Program-made: the position numbers and the translations under genes
Notes under the pieces: generated by a model
Told to the model about the DNA's origin: nothing
What the model saw: only the letters and a program-made list of their open reading frames with translations
The model's database searches: none
Shown: piece after piece, positions 1 to 9,766 of the stretch
Layout: every line of letters begins with the position of its first letter
Position numbering within the stretch: position 1 is the stretch's first letter
Source of the DNA: Candidatus Eiseniibacteriota bacterium
GTDB taxonomy: Bacteria > Eisenbacteria > RBG-16-71-46
Reading direction: 5' to 3'
DNA length: 64,000 nt
NCBI GenBank assembly: GCA_035691845.1
Contig: DASSIN010000272.1
Coordinates: 936-64,935, forward strand

Positions 1-1897
1 GGCGCGCTCGGCCAGCGAGGACCGCAAGATGCGCGCGCTGTACGCTTCGCTGCGCGACAGCCTGAAGGGGACCGCCGTGCACGTGCGCTGGGCGGTGGTG
101 GACACCGCCACGCTCGATCCCGGGGCGCCCACCGAGGCGCAGGTGGACGGGTTCTATCGCGCGCACCTGGCCGACTACTCGTTCTTCGACAGCCGCGCCG
201 GCAAGGTGGCCGAGCGCCCGTTGGCCGAGGTGCGCGACGACGTCGTCGCGCGCTGGCGGCACGAGCGCCGGCTGGACATGGCGCGCGCATCGGCCGACGG
301 CCTGCGCCAGGCGTGGTCGCAGGGCCGGCGCGATCCGGCGCTCGAACGCGCCGCGCGCGTGCGCGAGCTGGGTCCGCTGCTGCCCGGCGCGCCGATCGAC
401 TCCACCGTGGCGGGCCGCGTGCTCGCCGACACCGTCGCCGTGCGCGGCGCCAGGTTGGGAACGGGCGTGATCCGCGCCGGCACCGGCGTGGTCGTGTACC
501 AGACGTGGGGGCCGACGCCGGGATTCCAGCCGCCCTACGAGCAGGTGCGGCGCCGCCTGGCGCTGCGGCTGGCCGAGCGCGAAGCCGGCGAGGCCGAAGC
601 CGGGGCCAGGGCGCTGTATCACGCGCACCCCGAGTCGTTCGCGCTCGGCCGCACGCTGCACTATTCGCGCATCGTCGTGCCGCCGCCGGACATCCTGACC
701 GTGCCGCTGTCGCGCGCCGAGGTCGAGCGCTGGCATCGCGACCACCTCGACCAGTATTCGGCGCCCGAGGTGGTGACCGCCAGCCACATCCTGTTCGCGC
801 CGGCCGACAACACGCCCGCCGCCGACGCGCGGGCGCGCGCGCGCGCCGACAGCGTGCTCAAGCGGCTGGACGCGGGCGAGGACTTCGCCACGCTGGCGCG
901 GCAGGTCACGGACGACGAGGCCACCCGCGACGCGGGCGGCGATCTGGGCTCGTTCGGGCGCGGCGCGATGCTGCCGGCGTTCGAGAATGCGGCGTTCGCA
1001 CTCAAGGTGGGCGAGACCTCGCGCGTCGTCAAGAGCGAGGTCGGCTACCACATCATCCACGTGCGCGATCACCTGCCACCCATGATCCCGCCGCTGGCGC
1101 AGGTGTACGCCAACGTGTCCTCGGACGCGGCGCGCGCCAAGGCCGACACGATCGCGCACCAGCGCGCCGACAGCCTGCTGCGCGTGCTGCACACGCCGGC
1201 GCAGGCGCGCGCGTTCGCCCGGCGCAACGGATTCATGGCGGCACCCTATACGCGCACGATCGGCGAACCCACGGCCCAGCGCGAGATGCAGGGCTATCTG
1301 TTCGGGCTCGATCAATTGAAGCCCGGCCAGTTCTATCCCGGCACCGTCGAATTGAAGGGCCAGGGCTGGATGGTGAGCTGGGCGGACAGCGTCAGCGCGC
1401 CGGTGGCGCCGAGCTGGGATCAGGCGCGGCCGGCGGCGCTGCAGCGCTGGAACGCCTCCGCCGCCGACCGGGCGCTCGACGCCAAGCTGGCGGAGCTGGA
1501 CTCGCTGGTGCGCGCCGGGTGGTCGATCGACAGCCTGGGCGCCGGGTTCGGCGGGCTGACGCACATCGGCCCCGCGGGTCCCGGCATGGCGCTGCCCGGC
1601 ATCGGCGGGACGGGCGCGCTCGATTCGCTGGTGTTCGGCGCCGGCGGCGCCACCCCGCTCGCGCGCGGCAAATGGAGCGGCTGGCTGCGGACCCAGAGCG
1701 GCGCCGCGCGGGTGCGTGTCGACGACCGCCAGGAGCCCGGGGCGGATCAGATCGCGGCCGAGCTGGAGAAGTCGCGCCGGCTGGACGTCGAGCGCGGGCT
1801 CGAGGGCACGTTCGTCGATCTCAAGAAGCGCTATCCGGTGCGCATCTTGGACGACAAGCTCCGCCAGGTGCCGCTGCCGCCGTTGCCGCCCTCCTAG
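1..1897 (+). CDS. Parvulin-type peptidyl-prolyl cis-trans isomerase (PpiD/SurA-like), probably 5'-truncated at the window edge
   Basis: ORF 29..1897 lies in a frame that stays open back to position 2. It carries the PpiC/rotamase motif region 'SHILFAPAD...GGDLGSFGRGAMLPAFENAAFALKVGETS...GYHIIHV'. No N-terminal TM helix is present, which suggests the true start is upstream of the window. Confidence 0.75.
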   Translation, partial: ARSASEDRKMRALYASLRDSLKGTAVHVRWAVVDTATLDPGAPTEAQVDGFYRAHLADYSFFDSRAGKVAERPLAEVRDDVVARWRHERRLDMARASADGLRQAWSQGRRDPALERAARVRELGPLLPGAPIDSTVAGRVLADTVAVRGARLGTGVIRAGTGVVVYQTWGPTPGFQPPYEQVRRRLALRLAEREAGEAEAGARALYHAHPESFALGRTLHYSRIVVPPPDILTVPLSRAEVERWHRDHLDQYSAPEVVTASHILFAPADNTPAADARARARADSVLKRLDAGEDFATLARQVTDDEATRDAGGDLGSFGRGAMLPAFENAAFALKVGETSRVVKSEVGYHIIHVRDHLPPMIPPLAQVYANVSSDAARAKADTIAHQRADSLLRVLHTPAQARAFARRNGFMAAPYTRTIGEPTAQREMQGYLFGLDQLKPGQFYPGTVELKGQGWMVSWADSVSAPVAPSWDQARPAALQRWNASAADRALDAKLAELDSLVRAGWSIDSLGAGFGGLTHIGPAGPGMALPGIGGTGALDSLVFGAGGATPLARGKWSGWLRTQSGAARVRVDDRQEPGADQIAAELEKSRRLDVERGLEGTFVDLKKRYPVRILDDKLRQVPLPPLPPS

Positions 1898-2091
1898 CCG
1901 AGCGCAATCTGCACGGCCGCCTGCGGGCGGCCGTGCGGGGAGCACGATCGCGCGCCGGCGGTCGATGGGCGCAAGCCGGTGCGCGCCGCGCCGCTGCGGG
2001 ATTCCGGGGCAGGGTGTGCACGGCGCCGCGCGCGCGCCGCACGGCGCGGGCCGGCTGGTACGGTCCGTGCAGGATTCACGCGGACCTGCTC

Positions 2092-2988
2092 ATGACCCGA
2101 TCGCACGCGAATCCGGCCCTGCGGCGCATCGTGCTCGTCGACTTCGACGCGTGCGACGCCGATCTGCTGCCCGAGCTGCTGTCCCGCCCGGAGGTTTCGG
2201 TGCGCCTGGTGGCCGGCCGCCACGAGGACGAGCTGGGCGTGCGCATCGCGGAGCTGTGCGAGTTGCCGTCCACCACCGACCTCGGCGACCTGACGCGCGA
2301 GCTGTTCGATCTCGCGCTGGTGAGCGAGCGCAGTCCGCGCCGCGCGCAGATCGAGAGCCTGCTGCTGGCGCTCGGCACCCCGTGCGCGAGCCCGCGCGCG
2401 TTCCTCGAAGGCCGCGAGGACGAAGAGGCGGTGGCGCCCTCGATCGAGGCGCCGCTGGCGCTGCACGCGGCCGCGCTGGAATCCACGCTGGGCGGCGCCG
2501 CCTTCGACGCGCTCGCCTCGCACGCCATCGACGACATTCCCGATGACGCGCCGGTGCGCCCGGGACCGGTCGAGGTGCGCGCCGAGGCGGCGCTCGCCAC
2601 GCCGCTCGAGGATTTTCCGTCGCCGGAGGACCGGCTGGCGCTGGAGACCGCGCTGTCGGAGCTGGCGGCGCGCACCGGCGCGCTCGGCGCCGAGCTGCAC
2701 GCAGGCGAAGGCGGGGAACCGCGGCTCGTGGCGCGCATCGGCCAGGGTGACGCGCTACTCGACGGGCTGATCAAGCTGGCGCTGGAGCTGGACGCGCCCC
2801 AGGTGGTGAGCCCCGTGACCGGCCCGCACGAAGGGCGCGCGTGGGGCGCGTGGCCGTTCCGCACCGGCCGCCGCAGCGGCGTGGTGGCAGCGAACGGGAT
2901 CGATCCGGCCTCCGGCTGGCCGTCGTGGCAGAACCTGGTGGACGAGCTGCGCAAGCATCTGGGCGGCGGGGAGCAGGGCGGGAAGTGA
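2092..2988 (+). CDS. Hypothetical acidic protein (298 aa) upstream of mutL
   Basis: The ATG at 2092 was placed by arithmetic inside the long ORF 313..2988. The upstream part of that ORF is Arg-rich GC-frame noise. The 298-aa product is acidic (many D/E/L) with no recognisable motif. Confidence 0.4.
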   Translation: MTRSHANPALRRIVLVDFDACDADLLPELLSRPEVSVRLVAGRHEDELGVRIAELCELPSTTDLGDLTRELFDLALVSERSPRRAQIESLLLALGTPCASPRAFLEGREDEEAVAPSIEAPLALHAAALESTLGGAAFDALASHAIDDIPDDAPVRPGPVEVRAEAALATPLEDFPSPEDRLALETALSELAARTGALGAELHAGEGGEPRLVARIGQGDALLDGLIKLALELDAPQVVSPVTGPHEGRAWGAWPFRTGRRSGVVAANGIDPASGWPSWQNLVDELRKHLGGGEQGGK

Positions 2989-3076
2989 AGCGCCGCGCGC
3001 CCCAGGCGCGCGGGGATGGCGCGGCGCCGCACGCCGACGTTGCCCTCGGACTGCGGGCTCGTGTACTCCTCCTCGC

Positions 3077-4810
3077 GTGCCTGACACAGCCACGCCCGTC
3101 ATCCGCCGCCTGACTCCCGAAACCGCGTCGCGCATCGCCGCGGGCGAGGTGATCGAGCGCCCGCTCTCGGCGCTCAAGGAATTGATCGAGAACGCGCTCG
3201 ACGCGGGCGCGCGTGCCATCGAGGTGCGGGTGGAGCGCGCGCTCGACCACCGCTTCGTCGTGTCCGACGACGGCGCCGGCATCGCCGCCGACGAGCTGGC
3301 GCTGGCGCTCGAGCGCCACTGCACGAGCAAGATCGGCGGGCTCGAGGACCTGGACCGGCTCGTGACGCTCGGCTTTCGCGGCGAGGCGCTGCCCAGCATC
3401 GCCGCCGTCAGCCGCATGCGCATCACCACCCGCACGGCCGGCGGCGACGCGGCGGCCACGCTGCGCGCCGAGGGCGGCGCCGTGGTCGAGCAGGGCGTCG
3501 CCGCGCGCGCCCCGGGCACCACCGTCGAGGTGGCGGAGCTGTTCTTCAACACGCCCGCGCGCCGCAAGTTCCTCGGCACGCCCTCGGGCGAGCTGCGCGC
3601 CGCGCTGCGCATGCTCGAGGCGTACGCGCTCGGCTGGCCCGAGGTCGGATTCCGGCTGGTGGTGGACGAACGCGAGCGTTTCGACTGGCCGGCCGCGGGC
3701 TCGCGCCGCGATCGCGCGGCCGCGATCTGGGGCCCGCGGCACGCGGCGCAGTTGCTCGACGCCAATGGCGAGCGCGACGGCATCGCGGTCGAGGCGCTGC
3801 TGGGACTGCCCGAGCACGCGCGCGCCACGCGCGAGGGACAGGTGCTGCTCGTCAACCGCCGCTGGGTGCAGAGCCCGGTGCTGGGCGCCGCGCTGCGGCA
3901 GGCGTACGGCAACCTGATCCCGCCCGGCCGATTTCCCGCCGCCACGCTGTGGATCGCCGTTCCCCCCGCGCGGCTCGACGTCAACGTGCACCCGACCAAG
4001 CGCGAGGTGCGGTTCGCAGACGAGGACACGCTGTTCTCGCTGGTGGGCGCGACGTGCGCGCGGCCGCTCTCGGCGCTGCAGCCGCCGTTCACGGTGGTGC
4101 CGGGCGGGGGCGCGGAGCCGAAGTGGGCCGATCGCGTGCGCGAGCGCCCGCAGGATCAGACCGCGCTGCTGCTGGACGTGGCGTCGCCGCCGGCGGGCGC
4201 CTCCGCGCCGGCCGCCACATCCGCCGAAGCGCAGGCGGCCGAGCCCGATCTGTGGCAGCTGCATCGCACCTACGTGCTGGCCGCGGTGCGGGGCGGGCTC
4301 GTGATCGTGGACCAGCACGCGGCGCACGAGCGCATCCTGTTCGAGGAGGCGATGCACCGGTTCGTGGGCCGCGAGGGGCCTTCGCAGCTGCTGCTGTTCC
4401 CGGTCGTGGTGGACCTGGCGCGCGACCGCTACGAGCTGCTGCTGGAGGTGGGACCGTGGCTCGCGCAGCTGGGCTGGAACCTGCGCCCGCTCGGGCCGCC
4501 GACGGTGGTGATCCAGGGCGTGCCGTCGGGGCTGACGCACGAGCGCCCGGGGCAGCTGCTGCAGGACATGCTGGATGGCCTGCACGAGGAGACCGCGCGC
4601 GACGCGCGCGGCGAGCTGGCCGAGGCGCTGGCGCGCTCGTACGCGTGCCACGCGGCCATCAAGGCCGGCGATCCGCTGACGCGCGCCGAGATGCAGACGT
4701 TGATCGACCGGCTGTTCGCCACCTCGCGGCCACACGGCGATCCGCACGGCCGTGTCACGTTCGTGCGACTCGACCTGGACGAGCTCCACCGGCGCTTCGG
4801 GCGCGCCTAG
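3077..4810 (+). CDS. mutL: DNA mismatch repair protein MutL
   Basis: The N-terminal GHKL ATPase signature 'RRLTPETASRIAAGEVIERPLSALKELIENALDAGA' is present and the length is 577 aa. The start codon is GTG. Confidence 0.9.
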   Translation: MPDTATPVIRRLTPETASRIAAGEVIERPLSALKELIENALDAGARAIEVRVERALDHRFVVSDDGAGIAADELALALERHCTSKIGGLEDLDRLVTLGFRGEALPSIAAVSRMRITTRTAGGDAAATLRAEGGAVVEQGVAARAPGTTVEVAELFFNTPARRKFLGTPSGELRAALRMLEAYALGWPEVGFRLVVDERERFDWPAAGSRRDRAAAIWGPRHAAQLLDANGERDGIAVEALLGLPEHARATREGQVLLVNRRWVQSPVLGAALRQAYGNLIPPGRFPAATLWIAVPPARLDVNVHPTKREVRFADEDTLFSLVGATCARPLSALQPPFTVVPGGGAEPKWADRVRERPQDQTALLLDVASPPAGASAPAATSAEAQAAEPDLWQLHRTYVLAAVRGGLVIVDQHAAHERILFEEAMHRFVGREGPSQLLLFPVVVDLARDRYELLLEVGPWLAQLGWNLRPLGPPTVVIQGVPSGLTHERPGQLLQDMLDGLHEETARDARGELAEALARSYACHAAIKAGDPLTRAEMQTLIDRLFATSRPHGDPHGRVTFVRLDLDELHRRFGRA

Positions 4811-4821
4811 GCCGCCGCGGG

Positions 4822-5793
4822 ATGACGCGCGACGCGGCGGGCGGCGGCGAGGCGTCCGCGCCGTGCGTGGTCGCGCTGGTCGGCGCCACCGCCACCGGCA
4901 AGACCGAGCTGGGCGAGGCGCTGGCCGGGTCGCTGGGCGCGGACATCGTGTGCGCCGATTCGCGCCAGGTGTTCCGCGAGCTGGACGTCGGCACCGGCAA
5001 GCCGGATGCCGCCACGCGCGCGCTCCGGCCGCACCATCTGTTCGACTGGCTGGGGCTGGGGGAGACGCCGAGCGCCGGCGACTGGGCGCGCGCGGCGTCC
5101 GCGTGCCTGGACGAGATCCACGCGCGCGACGGCCGCGCGCTGCTGGTAGGCGGCTCCGGGCTCTACCTGCGCGCGCTGATGCACGGCCTGCCGCGCCATC
5201 CGCCGCGCGATCCGGCCGTACGCGAGCGGCTGCGGCACGAGCTGGCCGAGCGCGGCGCGCCGGCGCTGCACGCGCGGCTCGAGGAGGTCGACCCCGCCAG
5301 CGCACGCCGGCTGGCGCCCGCCGACCGCCAGCGCATCGTGCGCGCGCTCGAGGTGTGGGAGACGAGCGGGCGGCCGTGGTCGGAGTGGCGCGCGGCGCCG
5401 GCCGAGGGCTTCCGCGCCACGTGGCGCGTGATCGAGCTCACCGCCGACACGGCGGAGCTGGACCGGCGGATCGCGGCGCGCGCGCGCCACATGTTCGCGC
5501 ACGGCTTGATCGAGGAGACGGCGGGACTCGAGGAAGCCGGGCTCGGTCCGGCGCTCGAGGCGTTGTCGGCGGTGGGCTACGACGAGGCGCTGGCCGTGCT
5601 CGCCGGCCGCATGCCGCGCGACGCCGCCATCGCGCGCACCATCCTGCGCACGCGTCAACTGGCGAAGCGGCAGCGCACGTGGTTCCGTCACCAGGTGGCG
5701 GCGACGCGGCTCGATTCCGCGCGGCCACCCGGCGCGCTGCTGGCCGCGGCGCGCGCGGCGGCGGGGCACACCCCGGTCACGCCACCGCGTTGA
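4822..5793 (+). CDS. miaA: tRNA dimethylallyltransferase MiaA
   Basis: The P-loop 'VALVGATATGKTELGEALA' is followed by 'DIVCADSRQVFRELDVGTGKP'. The mutL-miaA order is a conserved synteny. Confidence 0.85.
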   Translation: MTRDAAGGGEASAPCVVALVGATATGKTELGEALAGSLGADIVCADSRQVFRELDVGTGKPDAATRALRPHHLFDWLGLGETPSAGDWARAASACLDEIHARDGRALLVGGSGLYLRALMHGLPRHPPRDPAVRERLRHELAERGAPALHARLEEVDPASARRLAPADRQRIVRALEVWETSGRPWSEWRAAPAEGFRATWRVIELTADTAELDRRIAARARHMFAHGLIEETAGLEEAGLGPALEALSAVGYDEALAVLAGRMPRDAAIARTILRTRQLAKRQRTWFRHQVAATRLDSARPPGALLAAARAAAGHTPVTPPR

Positions 5794-5840
5794 CACTGGC
5801 CGGGCGAGGTTCTAGCGTGAGTTGGCTGCCGCGCAGGCGT

Positions 5841-5916
5841 GCGGGCATAGCTCAGTTGGTAGAGCGCGAGCTTCCCAAGCTTGAGGTCGCGGGTTCGAAC
5901 CCCGTTGCCCGCTCCA
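5841..5916 (+). tRNA. tRNA-Gly (anticodon CCC)
   Basis: A cloverleaf can be read by eye. The acceptor stem is GCGGGCA/TGCCCGC and the D-arm is AGCTCAGTTGGTAGAGC. The anticodon stem-loop CGAGC-TTCCCAA-GCTTG gives anticodon CCC. The T-arm is GGTTCGAAC and the 3' CCA is encoded. Confidence 0.8.
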
Positions 5917-5929
5917 TTCGTTCCGGAGC

Positions 5930-5958
5930 CCCGGCGCGCCGGTCTCCGGTGCGCCGGG
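5930..5958 (+). terminator. GC-rich hairpin immediately downstream of tRNA-Gly (possible terminator or processing signal)
   Basis: A 13-bp imperfect inverted repeat cccggcgcgccgg / ccggtgcgccggg encloses a 3-nt loop. No clear U-tract follows it. Confidence 0.25.
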
Positions 5959-6109
5959 ATTCGGCTCGGGCCAGACCCGCTGTGACATCCCGGACCCCTT
6001 CGCGAACCGTTCCCGGCGCCGGCCGCCAGCTGCGTTCCGCCGCGGGCCATGGGCCCGACGGAGCGCCACCCCGGCGCCCTCGCGCCGTTTTCCCGGAGTG
6101 GATCCCGCG

Positions 6110-7420
6110 ATGGCCGCACCCGTCGTTGCCATCATCGGCCGCCCGAACGTGGGCAAGTCCACGTTCTTCAACCGCGTGCTCGGCGAACGCCGCGCGGTGG
6201 TGCACGACCGTCCCGGCATCACCGTGGATCGCAACGCGGTGCGCACGGAGTGGGCCGGCCGCCGATTCGTGCTCGTGGACACCGGCGGATTCCTGCCGGG
6301 CGCCGCGGAGGGCCGCGACGCGCTCGTGCGGCGGCAGGCCGAGGCCGCGATCGAGGTGGCGGACGTGGTGCTGTTCATGGTGGACGCCCACACCGGCCCC
6401 ACGGACCTGGACGCCGCGATCGCGCACAGCCTGCGCCGGCGCGCGCTGCCGACGCTGCTGGTCGTGAACAAGCTCGATCGACCGGGCGACGCGGCCGTTC
6501 ACGAATTCCACCGGCTGGGCCTGGACGAACCGCTGGCGATCTCGGCCGAGAATGGCTACGGGATCGGCGATCTGCTGGACGAGGTCAAGGCGCGGCTGCC
6601 CGCGCCCACGCCCGAGGAGCACGATCCGCGCGCGCGCGTCGCGATCGTCGGCCGCCCGAACGTGGGCAAGTCGTCGCTCGTGAACGCCGTGCTGGGCGAG
6701 ACCAGAGTGGTGGTCGAGCCCATGCCCGGCACCACGGTGGACGCGATCGACACGGTGTGGCACACGCAGGACGGCGACCTGGTGCTGGTGGACACGGCCG
6801 GCATCCGCCGCCAGGCGCACTTTCGCGATCAGGCCGAGTTCTTCGCCACCGTGCGCGCGGTGCAGGCGCTCGAGCGCGCCGACGTGGCGTGCCTCGTGGT
6901 GGACGCCACGCAGGGGTTCCAGCGCCAGGAGGCGCGGCTGGCGCAGGACGCGCTCGACGCCGGCTGCTCGCTGCTGCTGGTCTACAACAAGTGGGACCTG
7001 ATCGAGGGGCGCGAGCAGGCGTGGAAGCGGCTCGAGGGCGAGCGCGCCGAGCGCTATCCCACGCTGGCCGCGCTGCCGGCGGTGCCGATCTCGGCCACCA
7101 CCAAGCTCAACCTGGGGCGATTCCCGAAGCTCGTGCTGCAGCGCGTGGCCGAGCACCAGCGCAAGGTGCCGACGCGCGAGCTGAACGCGTGGCTGGCCGG
7201 GGTGCAGCGCCTGCGCCAGCCGCCGAGCACGCGGCTCGGGCACGCGCCGCGCATCTACTACGTCACCCAGACCGGCACCGGGCCGCCCGAGTTCACGCTG
7301 TTCGTGAACCACCCGTCGCGGCTGTCCGCCAACTACCGGCGGTTCCTGTGGCAGCAGCTGGTCGAGACGTTCGGGTTCCACGGCACGCCGGTGCGGCTGC
7401 GGGTGCGGGAGAGCACGTGA
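6110..7420 (+). CDS. der: Ribosome-associated GTPase Der/EngA (two tandem GTPase domains)
   Basis: There are two G-domains, with G1 motifs 'IIGRPNVGKSTFFNR' and 'IVGRPNVGKSSLVNA', and a C-terminal KH-like domain. The ATG at 6110 was chosen over the alternative GTG at 6098. Confidence 0.9.
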   Translation: MAAPVVAIIGRPNVGKSTFFNRVLGERRAVVHDRPGITVDRNAVRTEWAGRRFVLVDTGGFLPGAAEGRDALVRRQAEAAIEVADVVLFMVDAHTGPTDLDAAIAHSLRRRALPTLLVVNKLDRPGDAAVHEFHRLGLDEPLAISAENGYGIGDLLDEVKARLPAPTPEEHDPRARVAIVGRPNVGKSSLVNAVLGETRVVVEPMPGTTVDAIDTVWHTQDGDLVLVDTAGIRRQAHFRDQAEFFATVRAVQALERADVACLVVDATQGFQRQEARLAQDALDAGCSLLLVYNKWDLIEGREQAWKRLEGERAERYPTLAALPAVPISATTKLNLGRFPKLVLQRVAEHQRKVPTRELNAWLAGVQRLRQPPSTRLGHAPRIYYVTQTGTGPPEFTLFVNHPSRLSANYRRFLWQQLVETFGFHGTPVRLRVREST

Positions 7421-8046
7421 CACGCGCGCTGCTCCTGACGGTGCTCGCCGGCTACGTGGCGGGATCGCTGCCGTTCGGGTTGTGGCTCGGGCGCGCGCTG
7501 CGCGGCGTCGACGTGCGCACGCTGGGCTCGGGCAACCTGGGCGCCACGAACGTGTACCGCACGCTCGGGCCCGCGGTCGGCGTGCCCACGCTGGTGCTCG
7601 ACGTGCTGAAGGGCGCGCTCCCGGTGCTGCTGCTGCCGCGGCTCGCATTCACGCGCGACTTCCCGGGCGGCGCCGAGTGGTGCGCGATCGCGGCCGGCAT
7701 CGCCGCCGTGCTCGGCCACGTGTTCACGTTCCTGGCCGGGTTCCGGGGCGGCAAGGGCGTGGCCACGTCGGTGGGCGTGATGCTGGGGTTGGCGCCGGCG
7801 GCGTTCGCGGTGTTCCTCGCCACGTTCGTCGCGGCGGTGGCGATCACACGCTTCATCTCGGTGGGCTCGACGCTGGGGGCGCTGGCATTCGCCGTCGCGG
7901 TGGCGGTGACGCGCGGCGTGCGCACGCCCACGTTCGTGCTGGCGTGCGCGCTGGCGGTGGTGATCATCGCGCGCCATCGCGACAACTACCGCCGCCTCAG
8001 GCGCGGCGAGGAGCGCAGGTTCTCGTTCGGACGGGAGCGCGCGTGA
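7417..8046 (+). CDS. plsY: Glycerol-3-phosphate acyltransferase PlsY
   Basis: Motifs 'GSGNLGATNVYRTLG' and 'HVFTFLAGFRGGKGVATSVG' are present in a multi-TM protein. The GTG start overlaps the der stop codon (GTGA). Confidence 0.85.
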   Translation: MTRALLLTVLAGYVAGSLPFGLWLGRALRGVDVRTLGSGNLGATNVYRTLGPAVGVPTLVLDVLKGALPVLLLPRLAFTRDFPGGAEWCAIAAGIAAVLGHVFTFLAGFRGGKGVATSVGVMLGLAPAAFAVFLATFVAAVAITRFISVGSTLGALAFAVAVAVTRGVRTPTFVLACALAVVIIARHRDNYRRLRRGEERRFSFGRERA

Positions 8047-9029
8047 GCCGCGTCGCGGTGCTCGGCCCCGGATCGTGGGGGACCACGCTCGCCGTTCACC
8101 TGGCCCAGGCCGGGAACGAGGTCGCGCTGTGGGGGAACGACGCAACGGAGCTCGAGGCGCTCGCGAGCCGGCGCGAGAACGTCAAATTCCTGCCTGGCAT
8201 CGCGCTGCCGCGCGGGGTTAACGTTCAACCACAACTGGAAGCCGCGTTGGAGGGTGCGGAGTTCACGCTGTTCGTCGTCCCGTCCCAGGCGGTGCGCGCC
8301 GTGGCGGCGCAGGTGCGGGCCACTGGGGCGCGCAGCCTGTGGGTGTGCGCATCGAAAGGGCTCGAGGTCGCGACCCTCGGCCGTCTGAGCGAGGCGCTGC
8401 TGCAGACGCTGGACGATGCGGCGGTGGTGCTGACCGGTCCCAGTCACGCCGAGGAGGTCAGCCGCGGAATCCCAACATCGGTGGTGGCGGCGTGCGCGGA
8501 CGAGGCGCGTGCGCGGCGCGTGCAGGCGCTGTGCTCGACCGGAAGCTTCCGTGTCTACACCAACGCCGACGTGGCGGGCTGCGAGTACGGGGCGGCGCTC
8601 AAGAACGTGATCGCGATCGCCGCCGGGGTGTGCGACGGGCTGGGATTCGGCGACAACACCAAGGGCGCGTTGCTGACGCGCGGCCTGCACGAGATGGCGC
8701 GGGTGGGCGTGGCGCTGGGCGGCCGGCGCGAGACGTTCTTCGGGTTGTCGGGGCTCGGCGACCTGATCGCCACGGCGATGAGCCGCCACAGCCGCAACCG
8801 GCACGTGGGGGAATGCATCGGCCGCGGCGAGTCGCTGGAACGGGTGCTGGCCGGGATGGTGATGGTGGCCGAGGGCGTGACCACGGCGCGGGCGGCGCGC
8901 GACATCGCGCGTGCGCGCGGCATCGACGTGCCGATCATCGAACAGGTGGCGGGCATGCTGTTCGAATCCCGTCCACCGCGCGAGGCGCTGCAGGCGCTGA
9001 TGTCGCGCGAGTTGAAGGCCGAGAATTGA
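8043..9029 (+). CDS. gpsA: NAD(P)H-dependent glycerol-3-phosphate dehydrogenase GpsA
   Basis: The Rossmann motif 'VAVLGPGSWGTTLAVHLAQAG' and 'GLSGLGDLIATAMSRHSRNRHVG' are present. The GTG start overlaps the plsY stop. The der-plsY-gpsA order is conserved synteny. Confidence 0.9.
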   Translation: MSRVAVLGPGSWGTTLAVHLAQAGNEVALWGNDATELEALASRRENVKFLPGIALPRGVNVQPQLEAALEGAEFTLFVVPSQAVRAVAAQVRATGARSLWVCASKGLEVATLGRLSEALLQTLDDAAVVLTGPSHAEEVSRGIPTSVVAACADEARARRVQALCSTGSFRVYTNADVAGCEYGAALKNVIAIAAGVCDGLGFGDNTKGALLTRGLHEMARVGVALGGRRETFFGLSGLGDLIATAMSRHSRNRHVGECIGRGESLERVLAGMVMVAEGVTTARAARDIARARGIDVPIIEQVAGMLFESRPPREALQALMSRELKAEN

Positions 9030-9055
9030 CCCGGCGGCGTCCGGGAGGAGGCGAC

Positions 9056-9463
9056 GTGGCTGCGACCGACACCGAGGTGGACGCCAAGCTGTATCGCTCG
9101 ATCAGCGAGGTCAGTGGACTCGTGGACGTGAAGCCGCACGTGCTGCGCTACTGGGAGACGCAGTTCAGCATGCTGCGCCCGAGGAAGAACCGCGCCGGCA
9201 ACCGCATGTACCGGCCGGACGAGGTGCGGCTCGTGCTGCGCATCAAGGAATACCTGTACGAGCGGCGCTACACGATCGCGGGCGCCCGCCGCCGGCTGCT
9301 GGACGAGCGCCGCGGGGCTGCCGCCACCGCGACCTCCGCAGCCGAGGCGTTGCCCGTCACGGGTGCCGCGACCGCCGCGCAGCGCAGGGCGATCGCCGAG
9401 GTGCGCGAGGAGCTGGCGGCGCTGCTCGCGCGCCTGCGCGCCGACGTGCGCGTGGGCGCATGA
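9056..9463 (+). CDS. MerR-family transcriptional regulator
   Basis: The N-terminal HTH 'KLYRSISEVSGLVDVKPHVLRYWETQFSMLRPRKNRAGNRMY' is followed by a coiled-coil tail. A GGGAGGAGG RBS sits 6 nt upstream of the GTG start. Confidence 0.7.
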   Translation: MAATDTEVDAKLYRSISEVSGLVDVKPHVLRYWETQFSMLRPRKNRAGNRMYRPDEVRLVLRIKEYLYERRYTIAGARRRLLDERRGAAATATSAAEALPVTGAATAAQRRAIAEVREELAALLARLRADVRVGA

Positions 9464-9582
9464 CCCTGAGCCGCCCGGTGCCGCCACCGACGCCGGCCGC
9501 CCGGTCGAGCGGCGCGCGCCCGCGCGACTTGCGGGCGTGCGGAGGGTCGCCTAGATTCGTATCCCCTCCAGCAACGCCAGGT

Positions 9583-9659
9583 CGGGGCGTAGCGCAGCCT
9601 GGTAGCGCACCTGCATGGGGGGCAGGTGGTCGCTGGTTCAAATCCAGTCGCCCCGACCA
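9583..9659 (+). tRNA. tRNA-Pro (anticodon GGG)
   Basis: The acceptor stem is CGGGGCG/CGCCCCG. The anticodon arm CCTGC-ATGGGGG-GCAGG gives anticodon GGG. The T-loop is GGTTCAAATCC and the CCA end is encoded. Confidence 0.8.
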
Positions 9660-9766
9660 TTTTTCCTGCCGCCGCGCCCGGACGCGCTCCGAGGTCGCCT
9701 GCCGGCCGCCTCGGTTCCCCGCCGCGCCCGAGCCGTCCTACACGTGAGCGTGCGGAGCTTGGGATC

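Noticed and set aside
313-2090. 891-aa ORF 313..2988 read as one gene
   Set aside because: The first about 590 aa overlap the PPIase gene in another frame and are Arg-rich. Only the final 298 aa (2092..2988) look like a real, acidic protein.
2771-5305. 844-aa minus-strand ORF antisense to mutL/miaA, and similar long Arg/Ala/Gly-rich antisense ORFs (5852..7648, 9638..11062, 12611..14326, 21123..23000, 36812..39718, 45790..48639, 56783..59251, 61158..63095)
   Set aside because: They are extremely Arg/Pro/Gly-rich with no motifs. Each lies antisense to a clearly conserved gene, as expected from stop-codon depletion in a genome of over 70% GC.
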